This document shows, piece by piece, positions 51,910 through 63,575 of a DNA stretch of 64,000 nt. The stretch is from an uncultured delta proteobacterium. GTDB lineage: Bacteria; Desulfobacterota; Desulfobacteria; Desulfobacterales; JAHEIW01. Each line of letters starts with the position of its first letter. The stretch's first letter is position 1. The stretch is taken from positions 465,518 through 529,517 of the forward strand of contig CAVPNL010000015.1 in the NCBI GenBank assembly GCA_963706575.1. Direction: 5' to 3'. The notes under the pieces are model-generated. The model had not been told where the DNA came from. It did no database searches and saw only the letters and a list, made by a program, of their open reading frames with translations. A program made the position numbers and the translations under genes.

Positions 51910-52394
51910 AGTCCTAAAGGCTGCGTTCATTCCGCTGGTCGCGTCATGGGCAGTTCTCCCGTGTTTTTCTAGCTGTCCCGGGGCGTGCACGGGACCGCCA
52001 AAGGGTCGTCACACCGCAGTTTCCGCGGCGGCTCCCGCGTGCTGGGGAGCGTGAACCAGGCGCTTGATTCGCTCGACAAAGTCACGGCCACCGACATGCC
52101 GCGCGACAGATTGGGCTCGGGCGTCCTGAAAAACAGGTGCACATGATTGGGCAGGCAGACGAAGCTGAAGATCTCGAAGCCGAACTTGTCGACGGTGGCC
52201 TCCAGGCCGTCGAGAAAGCGCCCGTAGTCGCGTTCATCCCGAAAGACCGTCTGCCGGCCATTGCCGCGGGACATGGCGTGGTAGGTCGCACCAGGAAACT
52301 CGACTCGCAACGGTCGCGCCATGCCCGAGAGCCTATCACACGCTCACCGCCCCGTTTATCCGAAAAAACGGATCTGACCCCGGCGCAGCCCCCC
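51890..52394 (-). mobile_element. Internally deleted RAYT element, copy 2
   Basis: MARPLRVEFPGATYHAMSRGN...NHVHL...NLSRGM; upstream end ggggtcagatccg. Confidence 0.8.
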
Positions 52395-52414
52395 AAATGG
52401 CTTGGCGACGAACA

Positions 52415-52640
52415 CTATGCGGGGGGGCAGCTGGCCATCACGGAGTCCGTGACGATCGACGCCGGCGGGATTGGAGGAATCACGATCGCAGCTGCGCGTG
52501 GTGGTCGCTTTGTGTTCGATATAGGTGCAAGTAACGCGGAAGTCATATTCTCAGGCCTGACGATCACTGGCAACACCTTGTATGCTTTCAGCGGCGACAT
52601 CTATAACAATGGCGGGACTCTGACGGTCGCCACTGCACCT
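52415..52640 (+). pseudogene. Fragment of an extracellular beta-helix/adhesin-type gene
   Basis: GQLAITESVTID...VFDI...SGLTITG...GDIYNNGGTLTV without a proper start or end. Confidence 0.45.
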
Positions 52641-52738
52641 CTCGCGCGGAGTATTCGTCGCCCTCTACCGGGTTGTCGGAACTCGCTGGTCTAGCGCACT
52701 ACGGCCGATTGACGGAATCGGAGTGCACCCTCTCCATC

Positions 52739-53788
52739 TCAATTTGCCCCGGGACGCACGAAGAAGTCCTGAAAATCGGGGACTTTCTCGGCCGTGCCCT
52801 CCATGTCGTATTCCTCGGAGATCAGGCGACCAATGTACGCCTGAAGGGCCGTGCTATTTTCCGGGTCGACCTGATGCGTTGCCATTTCGCTGGCAAAGTT
52901 CAACAAGTCGTACACTCGGCACTTGGCGGGCAGCATCCGCTTGCGTTTTTCACTCAAGGTGTCCAGGTTGGCGATCCCGTATAGCTCGTGGGGGCGGCCG
53001 GTGACTTCGTAGAAACGTTTCAGGATGCCCGTTTTCAGGTGACCACGTTCTTGAAGTTGAACAAGCAGGTCGTAAAGCAGTTGCGTTTCGCGTAGAGAAG
53101 CCCAGGATGTCTGGGCGCTCTCGAATCGCTGCCAGAGGGCGGCGTAACCACTGTCATTGTCATAGGTCTCCAGCGCTCGCCGGATACTATAGGCGGGATC
53201 GTTGCCCGGATTGATGTCGCTGCGGAACGACCGCGTGTAGCCGACCATGCCATTCGTGCACTCCAATCGAAGCAATGCCAGATGGATTTTGGGAAGTCCG
53301 TATCCGTCGACCGGTGTCTGCATCACGAACCGGTTCTGGAAACGGTCGCCGCCGATTCTCACCGTGTGCTCTCCGGAACGTGGTGCGTGGGTGCCGGAAA
53401 TAATACCGTCCCGATACACAACGTTCTGCCCGTCATACGTGCTAATCAGATCCCGCGCCGTCTTGTAGTCGACCACCGGACGTCCAGGGCGTATGACGGC
53501 CAGTAACCGAGCACGCTTCCGCTGACGTTCAATACAATACTGGAAACGTTCGCAGTCGGCCCGTTCGGCGATCCGTTCGAACACCTCCGCGTGGCTGAAG
53601 TAGCGAAAGGTCGTGTCACTGATTCGAAAACGAGTAAAAAGTGATTTCCAAAACCGCGGTGTAGGCTCCAGCGGCTCACCCTTCAATTCCATCTTGTCCA
53701 CAATCGGCAAGCCGTTCGCACCTACTCTGGGAACGACGGCGCACAGGTCGCCTACGCGTGCCGTACCGTACTCAAATCTCGGTTGCAT
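52739..53788 (-). CDS. DUF932-like protein
   Basis: DGYG...LLRLECTNGMV (RxxCxNG) and C-terminal YDLLNFASEMATH resemble DUF932/DUF945; AAGGAG SD. Confidence 0.65.
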   Translation of the reverse strand: MQPRFEYGTARVGDLCAVVPRVGANGLPIVDKMELKGEPLEPTPRFWKSLFTRFRISDTTFRYFSHAEVFERIAERADCERFQYCIERQRKRARLLAVIRPGRPVVDYKTARDLISTYDGQNVVYRDGIISGTHAPRSGEHTVRIGGDRFQNRFVMQTPVDGYGLPKIHLALLRLECTNGMVGYTRSFRSDINPGNDPAYSIRRALETYDNDSGYAALWQRFESAQTSWASLRETQLLYDLLVQLQERGHLKTGILKRFYEVTGRPHELYGIANLDTLSEKRKRMLPAKCRVYDLLNFASEMATHQVDPENSTALQAYIGRLISEEYDMEGTAEKVPDFQDFFVRPGAN

Positions 53789-53843
53789 GACAAACTCCTT
53801 TTTCATCGAGCTATGGAAAAACCAATCCGACAATCGTGTGAAC

Positions 53844-55046
53844 TCAGCGTTCAATGCCTGGGGGCACAAGACCCTTGCGTTGCCTCAGAAACGGTGGCAG
53901 CTGGGGGTCGCACTGCGCCATGCACCGCCGCGTGGCGCTGGCAACCGCCTCCATCTGCTGATTCATCGTGAGCGACATCCACTGACCATCGATCCAGACG
54001 TATTGCTCCCTCGGCTTGGCTGTCCTCAGGATCGGATATCGCGTGTGGCGGCACTGCACGATTTGCTTCGACCGTAGTCCGGAAAATGTGCGAAAGACAC
54101 GACCGCACATCTGGATGGTGCACCCCTTTCCGGAAGGACGGCAGAAGACCGTGCGGAGTGACGGGCAGTCGAACCCTTCCGCCAGGACGGCCATGCTGAT
54201 CAGCACTTGAATTTGGCCAGCGAGAAATACTTCAATCTGGCGCTCCCGATGGCTTGTCGCGGTCACGACTTCGGCCTGGATACCGGCTTGGGCCAGCGCC
54301 CGTTGGCACGTCAGACATTGCTGGTATCGGTGAAAGAACAGCAATGACCTGCCCCACCGTTTCGGCTGGCGGGCGAAGTGCCGAGCGACGGCAAGCGGTG
54401 TGTACTGTGGAATCGTGAAGTGACGGTAGGGGCTCAGGTATCCCGCCTGAATCAGCTGCTCAATCCCAATGTCGCGGAGGACCTGTTCAAAACACAGTCG
54501 GATTCGGTCGGTCCGCCAGGGCGTGGCCGTCAGTCCGAGCACCTTCTTGGGGCGAATCAGTGAGTGCAGTGTCGCCATCGTCCGGGCCCCGTCGTGCTGG
54601 GCCTCGTCGACTATCAGAAAGTCGACCTGGGGTGGGTTCGCATCGAACATCGAGATCAGCTCAAGCTGGACGCCAAACCCTCGCAGCCGGTTTTCGTTCG
54701 CGGCCTGGGCCAATAGGTTTCGCCGCATCGCTACCCATCCCACTCGGTATCCGTATTTTCGCTGCAGCCGTTGGGCCAACATCAGGCCCATGATGGTCTT
54801 GCCGCTTCCGGTGGGGCTCTCGATCAGCACGGACTCAGCCGCCCGTTGTCGGCGTCCAAAACGGTCGCGAAATGGCGCTCGGAACATCGCCGTGGCCTTC
54901 TCCACCAGACGCACCTGATAGTCCCGAGGCGCGAAAGCCGCGGGCTGATCGTCGCTGGGGTCGCTGGCAGCCTGATGTGGGCCCCGACCGTTCTTTGCCT
55001 TACTCTTTCGCACTGCCGCCTTCCGCACCTTAGTACGTGCCGCCAT
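53844..55046 (-). CDS. SF2 DEAD/DEAH-box helicase (ResIII-like)
   Basis: SPTGSGKT, DEAQH, GLTATPWRTD, LAEGFDCP, QMCGRVFR. Confidence 0.9.
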   Translation of the reverse strand: MAARTKVRKAAVRKSKAKNGRGPHQAASDPSDDQPAAFAPRDYQVRLVEKATAMFRAPFRDRFGRRQRAAESVLIESPTGSGKTIMGLMLAQRLQRKYGYRVGWVAMRRNLLAQAANENRLRGFGVQLELISMFDANPPQVDFLIVDEAQHDGARTMATLHSLIRPKKVLGLTATPWRTDRIRLCFEQVLRDIGIEQLIQAGYLSPYRHFTIPQYTPLAVARHFARQPKRWGRSLLFFHRYQQCLTCQRALAQAGIQAEVVTATSHRERQIEVFLAGQIQVLISMAVLAEGFDCPSLRTVFCRPSGKGCTIQMCGRVFRTFSGLRSKQIVQCRHTRYPILRTAKPREQYVWIDGQWMSLTMNQQMEAVASATRRCMAQCDPQLPPFLRQRKGLVPPGIER

Positions 55047-55216
55047 GCCTGTGCTCCCTCGGAAATCGCGTTTTTTTTGCCCTGGTGACCGGTTCATCCG
55101 CTGCTCAGCAGTTCGTTTCGTACGGGCGTGAATCCTAGAATCGCTCGATGACACGTTTGGTCACGCACCGGCAAAATTCTGAAAATTTTTTTTCGTGGCA
55201 GGCGGGCGACTCGACC

Positions 55217-55696
55217 ATGGCGAATCCGGCCGAACGCCCAGATGCGTGGTCGGCAGGCCCTTCGTTCCGAAGAGATGGCCGAAGTGCTCGGCATCTCCGC
55301 CTCCCAGGCACACGACGTGCTGAGCCGGCTGCGCGGCGGCGGCTCGTCGCCCGCGTCCGACGAGCCGTATTTGCTGCCCACGCGCATCTCGCCCGGCGGC
55401 CGCTGGAGCCCGGGCCAGTACCTGCCCCTGGCCACCCTCATCGAGGACCGCGACGCCCAGTACCAGATCTGCCGGCCGGCCGCCTTTCATCGGTATGGAC
55501 TGGGTTGAGGAGGTCTGCCATCGTCTCGAGGTCTACAACACGGCCAACTCGGGCGACCGCAAGATCGGCGCGTTGGAGTTCAGGAACGACTCCCAAAGAA
55601 ACTCGAACGCGAAGTGACGCCCACGAGTCGCCTTCATTCCGTGGTGCCCGACTCGAGCAAAGCAAGGCAGCGTTGATCGACGCTGGGGAGTCGTGA
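55217..55696 (+). pseudogene. Degraded AbiEi-like (type IV TA antitoxin) gene
   Basis: HTH-like LGISASQAHDVLSRL, then YLLPTRISPGGRWSP...YQIC.PAAFHRYG; multiple frame breaks; upstream of an AbiEii-like start. Confidence 0.55.
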
Positions 55697-55720
55697 TGAA
55701 CGCCTGAGACGCCGACCAAC

Positions 55721-55819
55721 TACCACGAGGGCGGCCGGCTGTTTCACGACGCCACCCGCTTTACCGCGGCCGAGACCGGTTTTAGCGAACTGCTGATCGA
55801 GAAGGATTACTTCTGCACG
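55721..55819 (+). pseudogene. AbiEii/AbiGii nucleotidyltransferase toxin N-terminal fragment
   Basis: YHEGGRLFHDATRFTAAETGFSELLIEKDYFCT (IEKDY signature), then interrupted. Confidence 0.7.
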
Positions 55820-56228
55820 TGGCCGAACAGGCCGTTCGGTTCGTGGCGATTCACCGGCGGATTACGCAAGGTACACGCAGTAAAGACGGCTGCCGCTGGT
55901 GCGAGAGGATCTGGACCGTGATCCCAACGTGCGACCAACAACAGCGATCGGTATTTGAGTTCTTGTGTGTGGCCGTGACGGAGCACTTTCGCTCTGAACC
56001 GGCTCCCTCTCTTGTGCCGGACAGGTCCTAAATGACCGAGCGGGATTCGGCAACATCGGCACAGAAGGAGACCGAACTCCGAAGCACGTCGGGTGTCGCG
56101 CAATTGCACTCGGTCGTTTAGCACCAACACGTGTCTCCCGAAACTGATCCGTCTTTCTCTCCCAACAACCGTTCCATCGCCGCACGTTTGCGCGTCGCTA
56201 TCTCATGGGTTGAAATCCGAACGGTTAC
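55819..56228 (+). mobile_element. IS66-family transposase C-terminal remnant and candidate right end
   Basis: AEQAVR...RRITQGTRS..G.RW.ERIWTV..TC.QQ...PAPSL; GAACGGTTAC at 56219-56228 (GTAA-type end). Confidence 0.65.
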
Positions 56229-56673
56229 CTTGGGCAACACTTCAGCGGCGTGGCGTAGGTACTGGCAAATTGGTGTCGACGGCTGATGAACAGGAGGCAA
56301 CGGAACAGAGGAACAGAGCGAACAGAGAGACCTGGCAGTCTCTGTTCTCTCTGTCATCTCCGTCGCTCGCCTGGTTCTCGGTGGTGGTCACGGTGGCTGG
56401 GGACCGGTTCTCAGGAGGTGGCATCGTGTCGTTGCTTGACTCCCACCCGCCGGCTCGGAGTCTCAGCCGGCGCCTGCGGCTGGGTGTTAAACCAACTCGC
56501 TGATCATTCGTCTGTTCGCAAAGTCCCAGTTGACGTCAGTCGAGAAAACAGAAACGGAGCCTCCGTTCCCTCCGTTTCCTCCTGTTCCATTTCGCCCGTC
56601 CAGTCTTCCGAGTCGGGAAAACCGTGAACGGTTATAAAATGTGCCTGTCGTCGTTTGTCGTCGTTTGTTCCGA

Positions 56674-59600
56674 TCACCCCGGCCAAGTGGCAAGCGAGTC
56701 CGCTCGAAATGCCGTTTCAAATGCCAGGTCAATGGCTCGCACCTCGGCGTCTCGGTCCGTTTCGCTGTTCCGTAGGTAATCGGCCAAATCGATGCGGGTG
56801 GGACGCCGAGTGGGTTGAATCAACGTGGCGTTTTGTCGCGAGACATCAAGCGAGCGAAAGACACGTTCGTGGACCTGCAGCGCGGCAGGCAGCGGCCGGT
56901 ATCCGCTGCGCCGTCGGCACTGCGGGCAATTGCTCATCGGTAGCACGAGCGACCCGTGGCGCTGAGGCGGTCGGCCCGCCCAATGCCAGGTACGCTACCT
57001 GTTCGGTGGTGTGCCTCCTTTCCGAGTCTTTCCATTGGTCCTCGTCGATTGCCACGTCGAGGGAGGTCGCCGAAACGGGATCGGCACCGCAGAGCGCAGC
57101 CCAGCCGCCGTTGCCACCGTCCATGGCCACTTGGCTGACGATCGCCGTCTCAGCCGCCGCGATGCCGCTCAGCGAATACGCGTACGGGGGTGCGTCGCCA
57201 CCACGACCATCGAGTCGTAGGAACTCGACAGAACGACGGTTTGCCAGCTGCTGCCCACATTCGCCACGACGCCGTGTGCTAGATTCGGCCCCGTGCTGAC
57301 TTCGTTGACCGCGAGCGTAACCGTGGCCTCGTTGCCAGCTACCGTGCCGTCATAGGCTCGGTAAGTGAAGCTGTCGGCGCCGAAGAATCCCGCGTGGGGC
57401 ATGTAATCGAACGAGCCGTCGCTGTTCAGCGTCAACACTCCATGGCTCGGATCGACTTCGACCACCGCGGTTAACTCGTCGCCATCGGGGTCGCTATCGT
57501 TCGTCACAACCCCCAGCGCGGGCACCGACAACATAGTGTCTTGGTCGAGGGAGTAGGAGTCGTCGTAAGCGGTCGGCGCATTGTTGACTGCATTCACGGT
57601 GATCGAGACGGTGGCCGACGCGCTGTGCAGGTTGCCGTCGTAGACCTCGAACGAGAAGCTGTCGGCTCCCGTGAATCCAGCGGCCGGCGTGTAGGTGAGG
57701 TGGGGCACTGTGCCGCTCAAGCTGCCGTGGGCCGGGCCACCAATGATCTGATACGTCAGGCCATCGCCATCGATGTCGCTGCCTGTCAGGGTGATCGCGA
57801 CCGATACGTCTTCGTCCGTCATCACCGACTGATTGTCGGCCACGGGCGCGTCGTTCACCGGGCTGACCGTGATGGTGACGGTCGCCACGTTCGAGTCGCT
57901 GGTGCCGTCGTGTGCCTTGTAGGTAAAGCTGTCCGTGCCGTGGAAATCGGAGGCCGGTAAGTAGGTGAACGAACCACTGGCATTCAGCGTCACCGAACCA
58001 CTTGTGGCATCGCTGACGAGGATGGCGGTGAGGGCTTCGCCGTCCGGGTCGCTGTCGTTGTCCAGGACGCCCGGTGCCGACACCGTCAACGTGGTGTCTT
58101 CCGCCCCGGGGTACTGATCGTCGCCAGCCACGGGCGGCGGATTGGGCGGGTCGGCCAGTCCAGCGGCCAGCAGCTGGACGTTGTCGACATTGGCGTCTTC
58201 ATTGTACGAACTGGCCTTGGCGAAAGCGAAACTTGAAGTTGTCGGTCCGATAACTCTCGTCAATCGGAATGACCTCGTCGTGCCAGGTGTTCTCCTGGTC
58301 GACGTTGCCGCGGAGGAGCGCCACGTCGTTGTGCCAAGTGCCGTTGTACAGGTCCAACGCGAGATACTCACCACGGTCCAGTCCGCTTTCGATGTACCAC
58401 GAGAAGGTCAACTGAACGCCGCGAACGGGCTCCAAGTCGATGGCGTGCGCCACGGTGAGCGTCGCATCGGTGGCGCGGCCGTCGACCTCTGCCGATCTCG
58501 CGCCGTCGGTGGCTCGCTGGGTGGAGCGGAACCAGTCGTTCTGGCTGTCTTCGACCCACAGGCCATTCCACTCGCTGACCTCAAAGCTGTCCTCAAACAA
58601 CACGATGGGTTGGTCATCGTTAAGAAGAGTGCCGACGCCCGGTCCACCAGTGACACTCGCGTCGTCGCTGAAAATGGTGATGACAAACGCTTCATCCGGT
58701 TCGATTTCCGTGTCACCGAAGGCCGTGACCGAAATCGTCTTTTCCATCTCGCCGGCAGCGAACGTCAACGTCCCGCTGGCCGCTTCATAGTCGGCAGGAA
58801 CGGGATTCACCAGCGAATTCTCGTGCCAGCCGACGACGTCTTCCACGGAGGCAATGGACAGAACATCCAGATCACTGTCGCCATCCACGTCGGCAACCTC
58901 AACGTACTTAGGCGCGGTCCACGGCGCCGACTACGTGCGTGGTGAAGTGCCAGCACATCGCTATCTGTCGCCATCCATGTCCGCCACGGCAATCGAGCTA
59001 ACTGAGGCAATGTGCGTTGACGTGCCTGGTGAAGATTTCGGCTCCGTCATTTTCGGTACCAGGCGACCGTGTCGTCAATCGGGAGGCCGACAGAACGTCC
59101 GTGTCGCCGTCGTCGTCCACGTCGGTTGCGACCACCGAGTAGGCACTGTCGGCCGTATCGGTAATCACGTGCTTGGTAAAATTCTCATGACCATCGTTTT
59201 CAAACCAGGCGATCGTGTCGTCATTGATGGAAGCCGACAGCGACGTCCATGTCGCCGTCGCTGTCGACATCGGCGGCAGTCGGTGTGGTGGGGCACGTTC
59301 AACGCGTCGGTGATCATGTGGTCAACGAAATTCTCGGAGCCGTCGTTTTCGTACCAGGTGATCCGGCCGTCTCGTTCGGAAGCCGACAGGAAGTCGACGA
59401 TCCCCGTCGTCGTCGATGTCGATAGCGTAAACGGATACAGGACCGTCCGCTGTGTTGGGGATCATGTGTTGAGTGAAGTGCCCGTGCCGTCGTTTTCGTG
59501 CCAGGACAATTTCGTCGTAATAGTAGGACGCCGCCAGCACGTCGTTGTCGCCATCCCCGTCCACGTCGGTTGCGAATACCGACGAGGTGCCGGCGGTGTG

Positions 59601-61529
59601 TTCGTCCAGCATGCGCATCGTGAAGTTGCCAGCCCCGTCATTTTCATGCCAGGCGACGATGGCGGTGTTCCAGTCGGACGTAATCAGGTCCTGGTCCCCA
59701 TCCCCATCCAGATCGGCCGGGAACACGGACGTCGGTATGTCGAACGAATCTTTCACGATTCGACGACTGAAGCTGGTCGTGCCGGCCATTCCCGCAGCGG
59801 TCGCCGAGTCGTTGGCCGTTGCGTAGTCGACCGAAAACTCGACCGACGGATCGCGCTCTCGAATCACCGTGAACAACAGCTCCTGCGTCCCCGCGTCGCC
59901 CTCAACCACTTCTGCGTCGCTGATCGAAATCCGTGGTGTGCCCAAGTAGATGCTCGTCGTGAACTGATCGTCGTCCGGCTCCCCCGAGACGGTGTCCTGA
60001 TCCTGGTTCATGGGGTTTCCGGCCAGATCGAACACGTGGGGTCCGAGCACCAGCTCATAACGTCCATGGGCGGTTTGCGGCGGAAAGGCGATCGTGAACC
60101 GTGTGTCGTTGGTGTCCGCGTCAACGGTTACTCCGTCGATGGCAATTGGCCCCAGCGGACCGGTCAGGACGACATCCTCCGTGTCGAAGCTGGTGACATC
60201 GACCGGATCGGCGAAGGTAACTCGAATCGTCTTCAGTTCCGACAGGCTGGGCCTGGCCGAAGGGCTGCTCGCCACGACTTGCGGGCCGTTCGCGATGGCA
60301 AACGCGCTGACCGAGTACTGCCCGACGTATCCGTAGGTGTCGGTCTTCGTGACGTGTAGGTCATAGTCTTCGCCTGCCGTCAGCTTGCCGACCAGCTCGG
60401 CGCCCAATTCGTTTTCGGGGGCGGCCGCTGCGATCACGGCGCCGGCCGAGTCTTTCAATTCCAGGACCGCGTCCAGGTTGGGGGAGACGCTGTCGACGTC
60501 GACGCGGAAAAAATAGTCGCCGCTGGTCGTGGGCGAGATGCGGAACACGTCGACGTCGTCGTTCGTCTCGATGATTCCCGGCAAGAGCGAACTGTTGGTC
60601 GGCAACGGCGTCGCGGCTGCGGAATCGTCGCCGTGATCGTCCGCCCGATAGCCAAAACCATTCAGCGAACCGCTCAGAAGGGCCATGTCATTCTGAAAGA
60701 CATCAGCACCCTGCGAGCTGGTGCCGTTGTGCCAGGTCGATTCCCGGGACGCGGGATAGTAGCTGCCGCCCATGATCGGCGCCCAGTTGCCCTCCCCATC
60801 GTGGTATTCGTCGATCTTGACGCCGTTCTCGTCATAAAGGCTCTGGTGGTAGAGCCCGAATCCGTGCCCCGCTTCGTGGGAACAGACGCCGCCGAAGTTC
60901 GCACCAATGTAATCGGTAAAGGCATAGACGACGTTGGACATGGAACTGGTGAACGAGTTGAGGTAGCCGACGCCGCCGGATTCACTGCCGAACCAATCGT
61001 CCCACGAACCGCCGATCGCGACGCGGAGCGCCACGCCGTTGGCCTGGCTGGCAGGAACTCCCTCGGCCAGCACCGCCGGCTCGACGGTGGTCACGTTGAC
61101 GTTGAACGGCCGATAGTCCTCCGCCACCATATGCCAGGCGGTGTAGATCCGCTCGATCTCCGTTTCGTTGAAGGTCGTGGCGTCGCCGTCAATGTCGTAA
61201 ACCGGCGTCGTGACGTTGCGGAAGAATCCCCAAGTCGGCTCGACATGGCCGTCCAGATCGAGAAACAGGCTCACCGGGGCACCCGGGTTACTCTCCAACG
61301 CCGGCAGCTCCGACACCGACAACAGCATGCCGTCCTCCAAGGGTGAGGCGGATGGCGGCGTTTCGAATTGCGGAGGATCCCAGGTCATGATGAATGACTC
61401 GTCGCCGATCGTGTGCGTCTGAAAAACGTCGGGTAGGGGTTGAGTCGAGCCGGAAAGCACCAGACGGTCTTCGAGACGTTCCACCGAATTCCGGGGGCTC
61501 TTCGTACGGGTGCGCCGTTGACGTTTCAT
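56674..61529 (-). CDS. Giant extracellular protein: LEPR-XLL motif, zinc metalloprotease, PPC/Ig-like, Calx-beta, FG-GAP and cadherin-like repeats; many frameshifts
   Basis: ERLEDRLVLS; HEAGHGFGLYH with APIMG Met-turn; DLDGDGDQDL repeats; VNDAPVA/DSDPDG repeats across ORFs 59322-61709, 58199-58888, 57169-58374. Confidence 0.82.
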
Positions 61530-61793
61530 GGGAGACTCCTTTGGTGCAAATGAATCACGCTTAACAGACGTCATGCCCGCTGCGTCTGCACACCGCCCTC
61601 TATCTACTAGGAACAAAATCTTCGGCGCGATGACAGGAAAAATCGGTCTCGGCCCGACTTTTCTCAAAATGCACGAACTGCTTGGTAGAATGGACCGCCA
61701 ACGCCGCATCGAGCGACGCCAGATCGGTGGCAGGTCCGCAGATTCGGCGTTGACCGCGGTGGTCGATACCCGATTCCATCCGCCGCAACGGTC

Positions 61794-62400
61794 TTAGTGG
61801 GTTCTGCAGTTCCAGTTCCACGTCACTCCGGTCGCTGCCAGAGTCCAACACGGGACCGGCCGGTCTGTTGATCCAGCGCCTGAAATCCGACACGTTGACG
61901 ACCCCGTCCAGGTTAGCATCGCCCACCAGGCGGGGCTTGCGAGAACCGAGATCGAGGGACGCCGTACTGACCAACCTGGCATCACGATTCAGCCATTCCA
62001 CGAGGCCGTCGCGCGTCAGATCGTACCATGGACGACGGGTGTCCGCCGCAATCTCCACGATGATCTCGTTGATGTCCGAGCCTTCGTGGACGCCGTCACC
62101 GGTGAGGTCGCCCAGCAGCAAGTCTGCCAGCGTGAACTTCGCGACAAAGCTGTCCCCGGTCCCCGCCGTGATACGAGTTGTTGGCCCCCGTCAAATCGGT
62201 CGACGAAGTGTAGCCCATTACGAAAACGTTGCCGGCCGCGTCGACAGCGATGCCCCGGCCGTAGTCAGAGTCACTTCCCCCGACATAGGTGCTCCAGTCA
62301 GGTTCGACAGGGAGAACGGTTGTAAACTTGTGGTTGTTCCACAGCATGAAGTCCGACACGTCGACAACTCCATCGGCATTGAAATCGCCAGCGCACCATC
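61794..62400 (-). CDS. C-terminal fragment of a planctomycete surface protein (dockerin-like EF loops and SBBP repeat); frameshifted, 5'-truncated
   Basis: [54 protein letters not shown]. Confidence 0.65.
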
Positions 62401-63498
62401 GGAATTGTTCTTTTGCTGTTTTTCTTGACGCCCTTCACCAGCAACACGTTAATGGTTGACGAGGCCTTGGCCGCAGGTTCTTCCGCACAGCAGGGCAGCG
62501 GGAAAATGATGGGAGGAGGACAAGGTGGTAAGGGTGGCAAAGGCGACCAGGCGACCGGCGGCAGAAGTGGCGCCAAGGGGGTGAAGGACGCGGTGCTGGC
62601 GGATGAGGGCGATGATGACTCAGATCGCCCACCATGGGCCGGCGGTAACCCTACAGAAAATCCTCATTCCGGTGGTGGTGAAGGGAAGCCTGATGGTGCT
62701 GGCACCATGAAGGGCGATGACTATGGCGACCTGATCGTCCTGGTTCGCGACCCGGAAACCGGCGTACCGATTCCGGACGAAATAACCGGGGAACTGCAGG
62801 TCTGCCTTGACGTGAACTGCAATGATTTCGTCTCGATGGTTGATGGTGAAGTTCCGGAAGGGGTGACCCCCGTCGAGGTTGACTTTGGCCGCGCTGCCGT
62901 AGCCCGTTCACCTAGCAAGGTGAATGAAAAGGCTCTGGACGATGCCATTGCAAAACTGACGGCTGATAACGTCATTCTCGCCACGGACACAGCCGGACGG
63001 ATTTCGTATAGTGTTGACGGTGGCGTGACCTGGAGCACCATCGACTCGCCACTGGAGAACCTGGCGCTGTATATCGACCTGGTGACAGGGCTGGCCGATG
63101 ATGACGTCATATCCCAGGCGGAAGCTGCGCTGGGCGATCTGGCAACCTTGCAGACCGCAGCATCGTTGTTTGCTGGCGTCGCCGACAAAACAGGCGATAT
63201 CTCGATTGACTACGTGGTCTACCAAAACGTGATCACCGATGTCGTGGACTCAGGAGACTACTACCTTTACGATGGATTTACATACATCAGGGAGTACCCG
63301 ACCGACTACACTTATTTCTACATGGACGGGGAAGATGTGAAAACGGCCACTTTGAACATCAATGACTACCTCACAGCGATCAACGGCGATCTGCCAACCG
63401 GCAGCACTGCCCTGTTCGCAGCGGCAGCCGACGATGCCGTGGAAGTGATCGAACTGATTCACACCCAGATCCACGACGGAATCATCGTGCTGCCATAG
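62401..63498 (+). CDS. Secreted acidic hypothetical protein with a Gly-rich N-terminus (5'-truncated at junction)
   Basis: Frame is open from 62401 inside a signal peptide; [29 protein letters not shown]. Confidence 0.75.
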   Translation, partial: GIVLLLFFLTPFTSNTLMVDEALAAGSSAQQGSGKMMGGGQGGKGGKGDQATGGRSGAKGVKDAVLADEGDDDSDRPPWAGGNPTENPHSGGGEGKPDGAGTMKGDDYGDLIVLVRDPETGVPIPDEITGELQVCLDVNCNDFVSMVDGEVPEGVTPVEVDFGRAAVARSPSKVNEKALDDAIAKLTADNVILATDTAGRISYSVDGGVTWSTIDSPLENLALYIDLVTGLADDDVISQAEAALGDLATLQTAASLFAGVADKTGDISIDYVVYQNVITDVVDSGDYYLYDGFTYIREYPTDYTYFYMDGEDVKTATLNINDYLTAINGDLPTGSTALFAAAADDAVEVIELIHTQIHDGIIVLP

Positions 63499-63575
63499 CC
63501 GCAAGCAAAGGTTTTGTCGGAGGTTGACAAGTTAGGTACAACCCAGGGGGTGACAACATAGCAGGGGGTAACAAC

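Noticed and set aside
51712..51990. ORF with an EQEQEQ repeat
   Set aside because: Translation of a hexamer microsatellite and repeat flank; no evidence of a real gene
58854..60359. Long plus-strand ORFs (also 44045-45457 and 41021-42118)
   Set aside because: Antisense shadows of GC-rich minus-strand genes with no recognisable motifs
40985..62400. Horizontally transferred planctomycete genomic island
   Set aside because: Genes are truncated at both edges and there are no integration signatures; contig concatenation is simpler
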